DNA of 64,000 nucleotides from Candidatus Zixiibacteriota bacterium. GTDB lineage: Bacteria > Zixibacteria > MSB-5A5 > UBA10806. A program made the translations under genes and the position numbers. Numbering within the stretch: position 1 is the first letter of the stretch; each line of letters opens with the position of its first letter. Positions 31,183-38,401 of the stretch are shown one piece after another. Below the pieces are notes generated by a model. It ran no database searches, had not been told where the DNA came from, and saw only the letters and a program-made list of their open reading frames with translations. Where the stretch lies: positions 2,696,094 to 2,760,093 of the forward strand of contig CP070742.1 of assembly GCA_020348065.1 (NCBI GenBank), given 5' to 3'.

Positions 31183-31373
31183 AGCAAACCCTGTGCCCTA
31201 GAAAAAACAATCGTCTCGAGTTTGTAAGTCGCTATTATTTAACGGATTGCGCCAATAGGCGGACGGCTGAACGGCCTGATGATTTATTAAATAAAAACTT
31301 AATATGCAACCGCTTGCTTAACAATAGGAAATTGAAAAACCAATAATAATTCCGATTTTATTTCAATCCCGTT

Positions 31374-31838
31374 TTATACCTCCCCGTCCCCGCCGCAGAT
31401 CCGGCAATCGACCAGTTTTTTCGAATTTGTATGCTCTCCTGCCGCCAGAAGACACTCCGGGCATGATGTCAACCTCACCTTGGCCCCGAACATCTGGCCG
31501 TGTGTCTTATCGTAAGGCGAACCGGCGGCGCAGACCCCGGTGGCGTCACAATGTTCGCAGGGAATTCCCTGTTTTTTCGGTTTTTCGGGTTCTTTCTCAA
31601 TAACCGGTTTTGGTTGCGGTTCAGGTTTGGGTTCAATTTTTTCTTTTTTCTTTACCGCCTTTTTTATGGCTTTCTTTTTAGCGACTTTCTTCTTGGCCGC
31701 CTTTTTTACCGCTGATTTTTTTACGGTCTTTTTGGCGGGAGCTTTTTTGCTTACTTTCTTCTTGGCTGCCGTTTTTTTCTTCGCCGCCTTTTTACCGGAT
31801 ACTTTTTTCTTTGCCGGCATGGTCTCTCCTATTCTCAA
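31374..31838 (-). CDS. Histone-H1-like lysine-rich protein with a Pro-rich linker and a C-terminal Cys-rich zinc-ribbon-like domain
   Basis: 154 aa. The N-terminal roughly 60 aa are (KKAAKKKV)n. Then comes PKPEPQPKP, then 8 Cys arranged as CxxC...C...CxxC...CxxCGGDG (one DnaJ-like CxxCxGxG motif). Confidence 0.5.
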   Translation of the reverse strand: MRIGETMPAKKKVSGKKAAKKKTAAKKKVSKKAPAKKTVKKSAVKKAAKKKVAKKKAIKKAVKKKEKIEPKPEPQPKPVIEKEPEKPKKQGIPCEHCDATGVCAAGSPYDKTHGQMFGAKVRLTSCPECLLAAGEHTNSKKLVDCRICGGDGEV

Positions 31839-32049
31839 TCATGCTTCTATTTTTCCAAAAAATAACGCTCACCCGGATTCCGCATCCGCCAAAACATCAA
31901 TCATCGAAAGAAAATCTACTTTATAATTGTAGCAGTATTCGGCCGTATCGGCAATAAATTTTTGGTTTCAAGGCCGGATATTAGATGCCGATACAATATA
32001 TAATAAGCGGCCGAAATCTTTGGGGCCGTTTTGATCAGGAGGGCATAAG

Positions 32050-32850
32050 ATGAATAGATTTATAGTATTATTTTTAATATTGTTTTCAGCTTCGCTGCAC
32101 GCCAGAAATCATTATACCGGATATTCGGGGGCGCCGGGCTCGAACGGCACTTGCACAAACTCGTGCCACGGGCAGTACGGTTTCCCTCCAACGGTTACTA
32201 TCACCGGTTTTCCCGATCAGTATGTGCCGGGCCAATCTTATTTGATCAGGATAAGTCACCGCGGCGGCAGCGCTATCAATCAGTTCAATGCCTCGATCCG
32301 ACTGGGATTAACGGAAGAAAACGCCGGGGAGATTATAGCCGGTCCAAATACAGAAATTTATAATACTCCCGGAGAGACAAATGGCGTTCATTGGGCCGAC
32401 GCAAATTCCAACTCAGGCATATTTACCTGGATTGCGCCCAATCCCGGAGTTGGCGAGATAAGACTATATTGGGCCGGATTGCAGGGAAGCCGCGTATACG
32501 GCACCGACGTCCAATTCGTGGAGGTCTCGGAAGACGTTACCGCGGGTGTAGAATACATGCCCGGATCGCCGGGGGAGTTTTCTCTGGAGCAAAATTATCC
32601 CAATCCCTTTAACAACAGAACCAACGTGGAATTCACCATAGCCAAAACGGGGCCGGTCGAATTTATAATAACCAATATCCTGGGGCAAGTACTATACTCC
32701 TGGATCGACGACTACGCTCAACCGGGAACGGTTACCGTTCACTGGGATGGTTTCGACATGAACCGCAGGATGCAGCCGTCGGGCGTATACTTCTATCGAT
32801 TGAAAACGCCCGAAATTACACTTACGAATAAAATGATGATTTTGCGATAA
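32050..32850 (+). CDS. Small T9SS-sorted secreted protein, hypothetical
   Basis: 266 aa with a signal peptide. The C-terminal T9SS type-A domain is LEQNYPNPFN...GVYFYRL. It is one of only three plus-strand genes. Confidence 0.65.
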   Translation: MNRFIVLFLILFSASLHARNHYTGYSGAPGSNGTCTNSCHGQYGFPPTVTITGFPDQYVPGQSYLIRISHRGGSAINQFNASIRLGLTEENAGEIIAGPNTEIYNTPGETNGVHWADANSNSGIFTWIAPNPGVGEIRLYWAGLQGSRVYGTDVQFVEVSEDVTAGVEYMPGSPGEFSLEQNYPNPFNNRTNVEFTIAKTGPVEFIITNILGQVLYSWIDDYAQPGTVTVHWDGFDMNRRMQPSGVYFYRLKTPEITLTNKMMILR

Positions 32851-33063
32851 GAGATTCAGGGAAACGCGAAAAAATCGCCCTTCTTGTCTCGAGGGGCGTT
32901 TCGTGCATGGCAGACGTCCTCGTCTGCCATGAGCAATGCTGGCGCACGGGGACGTACGCCAACCACAATATTTTATCTTTTTGAAAAATAATGAGATCGC
33001 TTCGTCGTCTCACTTCGTTCGCCTCCTCGCGATGACGATATTTTAATTTGTCATCAGCCTCAG

Positions 33064-33084
33064 GGGTCACGCACGCGCGACCCC
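33064..33084 (-). terminator. GC-rich hairpin 22 nt downstream of the icd stop. Candidate (bidirectional) terminator.
   Basis: GGGGTC-n10-GACCCC. There is no strong T-run on the minus strand and a TTTTT 12 nt away on the plus strand. It is one of four hairpins in the 32851-33106 convergent intergenic region. Confidence 0.3.
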
Positions 33085-33106
33085 TACAAATAGGTTTTTA
33101 TCGAAG

Positions 33107-34348
33107 CTAAAGATTTTCTATTATATGCGTGGCGAACTGGGAGGTGGAAACTTTGGTGGCGCCCTCCATCTGGCGGTGCAGGTCGTAGGTTACGGTTTTA
33201 TTCAATATAGTTTTTTCCATGGAATCCTCGATGCTTTTGGCCGCCTCTTTCCAGCCGAGATAGTTCAGCATCATTACCGCCGAGAGGATAAGCGAACCGG
33301 GATTGACCATATCTTTATCGGCATATTTCGGGGCGGTACCGTGAGTGGCTTCGAAAAGGGCTACGAAATCGGCCATATTCGCCCCGGGCGCCATCCCCAG
33401 CCCGCCAACCTGCGCCGCGCAGGCGTCGGAGAGGTAATCGCCGTTTAAGTTCGGCGTGGCTACAACGTCATATTCGTCGGTGCGTGTAAGAATCTGCTGG
33501 AACATGGAATCGGCGATACGATCCTTTATAAGAATCCTGCCTTCCGGTATTTCCCCCTTGTATTTGCTCCAGAGTTCATCCTCGGATACAGTCTGCGTGG
33601 AAAACTCCTTGGCGGCCAGCTTGTAGCCCCAGTCGCGGAACGCGCCCTCGGTATATTTCATGATATTGCCCTTGTGAACCAGAGTCACCGAAGGGCGATT
33701 ATTCTCGAGGGCGTACCTGATGGCCTTGCGAACCAACCGCTGCGTGCCGGTTACAGAGATCGGTTTGATGCCGACACCGGAGTCACTTCTGACCTTAACC
33801 TTCATACTTTTATTGAGGAAATCGATTATTTTTTTGGCGTCCTTGGTCCCCCTGGCCCATTCTATTCCGGCGTAAACGTCTTCGGTGTTTTCCCTGAAAA
33901 TAATCACGTTCATTTTTTCGGGATGTTTCACCGGAGAGGGAACGCCCTGAAAGTAACGAACCGGCCGTACGCAGGCATAGAGCTGTAGCACCTGCCTTAA
34001 GGTTACATTCAGGGAACGGTATCCTCCCCCTACGGGCGTCGTTAAAGGTCCTTTTAAGGCAATTATAAACTGTTTTATGGCGTTGAATGTATCTTTCGGC
34101 AAAACCTCTCCGTATCGCTCCAGCGCCGCCTCGCCGGCGTATATATCAAACCAGACAATCTCTTTCCTGCCGGCGTACGATTTTTCAACGGCGGCATCAA
34201 CGACGCGGCGGGTCGCTTTCATAATATCCCGGCCGATACCGTCGCCCTCTATTACCGGAATAATGGGATTGGATGGCACTTTGAGCCTATTGTTTGCTAT
34301 CGTAATCGGTTTCCCGTTTTTGGGAGGCTCAATCATCTTGAACTTCAC
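33107..34348 (-). CDS. icd: NADP-dependent isocitrate dehydrogenase (homodimeric, E. coli type)
   Basis: 413 aa. It aligns near end-to-end with E. coli Icd ([41 protein letters not shown][L/I]SD, GTAPKYA). Confidence 0.92.
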   Translation of the reverse strand: MKFKMIEPPKNGKPITIANNRLKVPSNPIIPVIEGDGIGRDIMKATRRVVDAAVEKSYAGRKEIVWFDIYAGEAALERYGEVLPKDTFNAIKQFIIALKGPLTTPVGGGYRSLNVTLRQVLQLYACVRPVRYFQGVPSPVKHPEKMNVIIFRENTEDVYAGIEWARGTKDAKKIIDFLNKSMKVKVRSDSGVGIKPISVTGTQRLVRKAIRYALENNRPSVTLVHKGNIMKYTEGAFRDWGYKLAAKEFSTQTVSEDELWSKYKGEIPEGRILIKDRIADSMFQQILTRTDEYDVVATPNLNGDYLSDACAAQVGGLGMAPGANMADFVALFEATHGTAPKYADKDMVNPGSLILSAVMMLNYLGWKEAAKSIEDSMEKTILNKTVTYDLHRQMEGATKVSTSQFATHIIENL

Positions 34349-34369
34349 GTTTTATCTCCTCCTGAATCA

Positions 34370-34951
34370 TCAATTAACATTATCTATCTTAATCCTGTTT
34401 ATGTTCGAATCTCCGATAACGCCGTTAACGGTTAATAATAGCTTCTTTTCCGATGATCCGAAATTATCATCGGTATGATGGAGTTTCTGAAAAAAACCGT
34501 CCCTTCGAAGGTCATCAAATCCTATACCCCCTACGATAGACCGCGAAGAAAGTTTTACCGCCAATTTATCCGGAATTTTTATTCGTATATCGCCCACCAA
34601 CGACGACGCGCTTATTTTATTTTCGCCGGTTTTAAAATCGGCAGCGGTAAGATCGATTTTAATATCGCCGATCAGGACGAAGTAATGGTGATCCGTTACC
34701 TGTTTGCCGCTTAAAGTAATATCCTGATCGCCGAAAAAACTATTCTCGGAGGCAAACCCACCCGATCCAACACTACCTCTAATTCTTCTCCGGTTTCTAA
34801 TAATATAAATCCCCAGGGCTATCAACGCGATGGGCCAGAGCTTCCAGATGAAATCCCAGAAGTCGAAACCGCCAAAGACATTGTCTATCAAGACAAGCAC
34901 GCCGATAGCTATAATCAGCGTGCCGATAATTCTGTTGGTCTTAGATTTCAT
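34370..34951 (-). CDS. LiaF-like membrane protein (N-terminal TM pair plus C-terminal beta-rich toastrack-like domain)
   Basis: 193 aa with two N-terminal TM helices. The C-terminus has repetitive GDI.I../GGI beta-strand patterns, as in the LiaF/DUF2154 C-terminal domains. Confidence 0.4.
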   Translation of the reverse strand: MKSKTNRIIGTLIIAIGVLVLIDNVFGGFDFWDFIWKLWPIALIALGIYIIRNRRRIRGSVGSGGFASENSFFGDQDITLSGKQVTDHHYFVLIGDIKIDLTAADFKTGENKISASSLVGDIRIKIPDKLAVKLSSRSIVGGIGFDDLRRDGFFQKLHHTDDNFGSSEKKLLLTVNGVIGDSNINRIKIDNVN

Positions 34952-34974
34952 ACTACAAACTGACGCTCAGGTCG

Positions 34975-35172
34975 CTATTTCTTGCCCGTACTCCTATCAG
35001 CGATCATACCGATACCGATTATGATCAGGGCCAGCGGCCACCAGGTGCCGATAAAATCGCCCAGATCGAACCTGACGATATCGAGATTGTCGCCGATCAT
35101 CAGAGCCCCGACGATGATAAACGCCAATCCCCACAGGATACCCGAAGTTTTCCGGCGCATTTTTGACTCCAA
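34975..35172 (-). CDS. Small two-TM membrane protein, paralogous to the N-terminus of the adjacent LiaF-like protein
   Basis: The 65-aa ILWGLAFIIVGALMIGDNLDIVRFDLGDFIGTWWPLALIIIGIGMI aligns with IIGTLIIAIGVLVLIDNVFGGFDFWDFIWKLWPIALIALGIYII of the 193-aa neighbour. Confidence 0.4.
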   Translation of the reverse strand: MESKMRRKTSGILWGLAFIIVGALMIGDNLDIVRFDLGDFIGTWWPLALIIIGIGMIADRSTGKK

Positions 35173-35180
35173 AAGATTAA

Positions 35181-35678
35181 CTAATCCAGCTTAAAATCAC
35201 CGTGCTTTTTAATATGCGAGACCAGGCCGCCGTCATTTAAAATTTTGATCATAGTAGGCGGCAGAGGCTTAAACTCCAGTTCCTTGCCGTTGGTCAGATC
35301 TTTAATCCTTCCGGTTTCGAGATCGATCTCGAGTTCGTCCCCGGCGTCAATCTGATCGGTATCGCAAATCAAAACCGGTAAACCGACATTTATCGAATTG
35401 CGGAAGAATATCCGGGCGAAAGATTTCGCCAGCACCGCAGATACTCCGGCCAGATGAATAATCGTCGGCGCGTGTTCTCTCGAAGACCCCAGACCGAAAT
35501 TGTTGCCGCCCACCACGAAATCGCCGGCCGACATTTTGGACGCGAATTCCGGATCGGCGTCCTCCAGAACGTGTTTGGCGAGCTCCGGCAGATCCGAGCG
35601 AAGATGAAAATACCGTCCGGGAGCGATATGATCCGTCGAAATATCGTCACCGAATTTCCATGCTTTTCCTTTCAGCAT
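35181..35678 (-). CDS. leuD: Aconitase-family hydratase small subunit, LeuD type 2 (3-isopropylmalate/homoaconitate dehydratase-like)
   Basis: 165 aa. It has the swivel-domain motifs GDDISTDHI.P and VGGNNFGLGSSREHA. Confidence 0.8.
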   Translation of the reverse strand: MLKGKAWKFGDDISTDHIAPGRYFHLRSDLPELAKHVLEDADPEFASKMSAGDFVVGGNNFGLGSSREHAPTIIHLAGVSAVLAKSFARIFFRNSINVGLPVLICDTDQIDAGDELEIDLETGRIKDLTNGKELEFKPLPPTMIKILNDGGLVSHIKKHGDFKLD

Positions 35679-35689
35679 TTTATCTCCTC

Positions 35690-37396
35690 CTACCTTCTGC
35701 CGGTTCTTTTTGTGGTTTTCTTAGCCGCTTTTCTCGCGACTTTCTTCACCGCCTTCTTCTTAACGACCTTTTTGGCGGCCTTCTTCTTTACCGCTTTCTT
35801 CTTTGCCGTGTTCTTTTTCGCGGCATTCTTTTTGGTCGCCTTTTTCGTAGAGTTTTTAGGCGGTTTTGAGCTCAATGCGTCTTTAATAGCCCTGGTCGCA
35901 TCGGCAGCGAGTTTGGTTAAGGTTTTTTCAAAATCCTCCGCCGCTTTTCGTACTTTGGGGCCATATTGTTCGGTCGCTTTTCTTGCGACCTTTTCGACTG
36001 TATCCGAAGCCTCTTTCGCCCTCGGACCCAAAACCGTAGCCGTATCCGAAGCCACTCTCTCGATCGTTTTCTGCGCGGATTGCGCCACCGCTTTCAAAGC
36101 CATGGTATCAACAATTTGCGGTTTACCTATGGTTTTTAGTTCTTTTGCGTACTTACGAGGATCGGCTATCACACCCTCAATCGCTGTCGCCGCAATAACC
36201 GCCGGCGATCCGAGGTATATCTCCGCGTTAGGATTTCCCATCCTGCCATGAAAATTCCTGTTCATGGTGGTGAGGCTAATCTCACCATCGGCTGGAATGC
36301 CGCCGTGAATCCCAACACAGGGTCCGCAGCCGGGCGGAACCATTACGGCGCCGAACTCTACCAGCGTTTTATAGTACCCCAGGTCCATGACCTCCTTCAT
36401 CACCTCAACGGAGCCCGGGATGGCTATAAACCGCATTCCCGGAGCGATTTTTTTCCCTTTAACGATTTTCGCCACGACTTCCCAGTCTTCTGTCCTGGAA
36501 TTCGTACAGGTTCCCAAAAATACCTGGTCGATTTTTATTCCGGCGGCTTCGTCAATTGTATAAGTATTATCGACGGTATGAGGGTAACTGACCGTGGGAG
36601 CCAATGTCGAAACGTCGATTTCAATAACGCGTTCGTATTCCGCGTCGCTATCCGCTTTAAGCGGTATCCATTTGTCTCCCCTGCCCCGCGATTCCAGATA
36701 TTTTTTCGTGGTCTCGTCCGACGCTATCAATCCCGCTTTTGCGCCGGCCTCCACCGCCATGTTGGACAAAGTAAACCGCGAAGACATATCCATCTCTTCG
36801 ATCGTCGGTCCGCAGAATTCGAGAGATTTATAAGTTGCCCCATCCGCTCCGATTGTGCCGATCAGATGAAGAATCAGGTCCTTGGGAAATACGCCGAGAG
36901 GGAATGTCCCGGTGACATATACTTTAAAGGATTCCGGAACCCTGAACCAGCTTTTTCCATAAGCCGCTCCGATGGCGACATCCGTGGAACCCATTCCGGT
37001 CGAAAAGCAGCCCAGCGCGCCCCCGGTGCAGGTGTGGCTGTCGGCTCCTATTAATATTTGACCCGGCACAACATAATCCTCATTGATTACCACATGACAA
37101 ATCCCTTTGCCGACTTCCGAAAGCTGAGCCCCGGTTTTTCTGCAAAAATCCCTGATGAATTTATGGTCATTGGAGAGTTCTTTACGGGATGAGGGCGCCG
37201 AGTGATCCAGGAAAAATACGACCCTGTCGGGATTCGCCAATTTGTCCACCCCCAGTTTCTCAAGCTGCCTGATGGCCAGAGGACCGGTTCCGTCCTGAAA
37301 GAGGCAAAGATCTACGTGTGCGATTGCTATCTCTCCGGCAGAAACGTCATGTCCCGCGTGAGAACCAAGGATTTTTTCAGCAAGAGTCTTGCCCAT
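35690..37396 (-). CDS. leuC: Aconitase-family hydratase large subunit (LeuC type) with a C-terminal amphipathic-helical extension of about 150 aa that ends in a lysine-rich histone-H1-like tail
   Basis: 568 aa. The core has the Fe-S ligand context GADSHTCTGGALG ... GTCTNSR ... GCGPCVG. After residue 420 or so comes a helical low-complexity region. The final 55 aa are KKATKKNAAKKNTAKKKAVKKKAAKK... Confidence 0.8.
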   Translation of the reverse strand: MGKTLAEKILGSHAGHDVSAGEIAIAHVDLCLFQDGTGPLAIRQLEKLGVDKLANPDRVVFFLDHSAPSSRKELSNDHKFIRDFCRKTGAQLSEVGKGICHVVINEDYVVPGQILIGADSHTCTGGALGCFSTGMGSTDVAIGAAYGKSWFRVPESFKVYVTGTFPLGVFPKDLILHLIGTIGADGATYKSLEFCGPTIEEMDMSSRFTLSNMAVEAGAKAGLIASDETTKKYLESRGRGDKWIPLKADSDAEYERVIEIDVSTLAPTVSYPHTVDNTYTIDEAAGIKIDQVFLGTCTNSRTEDWEVVAKIVKGKKIAPGMRFIAIPGSVEVMKEVMDLGYYKTLVEFGAVMVPPGCGPCVGIHGGIPADGEISLTTMNRNFHGRMGNPNAEIYLGSPAVIAATAIEGVIADPRKYAKELKTIGKPQIVDTMALKAVAQSAQKTIERVASDTATVLGPRAKEASDTVEKVARKATEQYGPKVRKAAEDFEKTLTKLAADATRAIKDALSSKPPKNSTKKATKKNAAKKNTAKKKAVKKKAAKKVVKKKAVKKVARKAAKKTTKRTGRR

Positions 37397-37471
37397 ATCA
37401 GGTCCTCCTTATTTTTTGAAAACGGATTTCGCAAATGCCGCCCTGTAATTTTCGGGAGGCATTTTTATCGC

Positions 37472-38401
37472 CTAATAACCGATAATCTTCAGCGTTTCTT
37501 TGTATGTTTCAGCTGAATGCTGTAACGATTTTAATTCCTCGTCATTTAACTTTATTTCGAGAATTTTCTCGACACCGTCCTTGCCGATAACAATGGGAAC
37601 CCCGATATAAAGGTCCTTCACGCCGTACTGACCGGTCAGGTAAACGGAGCAGGGCATAACTCTTTTACGGTCGCGAATAACCGAATCGACCATCTCCGTG
37701 GTGGCTGCCGCGGGAGCATAATAAGCGGAACCGGTTTTCAACAGCTTAACTATCTCGCCGCCTCCCACCCGGGTTCTATCGGAGATGGCCTGGATTTTAT
37801 CCTCCGGCAACAACTCGGTTATCGGAATGCCGGATACCGTAGTATACCGCGGCAACGGAACCATTGTATCACCATGCCCGCCGAGTACCATGGCCTGGAC
37901 ATCAGCGACGGAAACGCCGAGCTCCCAGGCCACAAAAGTCCTGAAGCGAATTGAATCGAGAACTCCTGCCTGTCCAAAAACCCTGTGGTTCTCGAAACCG
38001 GTGATTTTCCAGCAGTGGTAGGTCATTATGTCAAGCGGATTCGCCACCATGATTACCATCGCTTTGGGGGCATACTTTTTAATATCTTTAGAAACGGCGC
38101 CTATAATATCGGCATTGGATGTTATCAAATCTTCACGCGACATACCCGGTTTACGAGGCAAACCGGCGGTATGAACCACTATATCGGAGCCTTTTATATC
38201 AGCAAAATCGTTAGAACCGGTGATCACGGTTTCATAGCCATGAACGGGACCGGCCTGGCAAAGATCGAGCCCTTTGCCCTTTGGCATATCCTCAACAATA
38301 TCAATAATGGTAATATCGCAGATATTCTTTTCCGCGAGATACATCGCGGTACACTCGCCCACATGCCCGGCACCAATAACCGTTACTTTCGGTCTCATCA
38401 A
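37472..38401 (-). CDS. mdh: Malate dehydrogenase (LDH-like, NAD-dependent)
   Basis: 309 aa. It has the Rossmann motif VTVIGAGHVG, an Arg in the substrate-loop position (GLPRKPGMSR), and the catalytic His block (GGHGDTMVP). Confidence 0.9.
   Translation of the reverse strand: MMRPKVTVIGAGHVGECTAMYLAEKNICDITIIDIVEDMPKGKGLDLCQAGPVHGYETVITGSNDFADIKGSDIVVHTAGLPRKPGMSREDLITSNADIIGAVSKDIKKYAPKAMVIMVANPLDIMTYHCWKITGFENHRVFGQAGVLDSIRFRTFVAWELGVSVADVQAMVLGGHGDTMVPLPRYTTVSGIPITELLPEDKIQAISDRTRVGGGEIVKLLKTGSAYYAPAAATTEMVDSVIRDRKRVMPCSVYLTGQYGVKDLYIGVPIVIGKDGVEKILEIKLNDEELKSLQHSAETYKETLKIIGY

Noticed and set aside
32140-32170. A CTNSCHG motif in the 266-aa T9SS cargo protein as a possible c-type heme-binding site
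   Set aside because: The spacing is C-x3-C-H, not the canonical CxxCH. It is a single occurrence with no other cytochrome features. Chance is the more likely explanation.
32822-33070. An 82-aa minus-strand ORF in the hairpin-rich intergenic region
   Set aside because: It spans palindromic GC-rich DNA, its translation is Arg-rich, and it has no start context. It is more likely structured RNA or terminator DNA than a coding sequence.
35454-37054. Long plus-strand ORFs (265 aa and 268 aa) antisense to the leuC-like gene, F/L-rich
   Set aside because: They are shadow ORFs. Lys codons (AAG/AAA) of the minus-strand K-rich tail read as Phe/Leu on the opposite strand. They show no start context or domain, and they fully overlap a well-supported gene.
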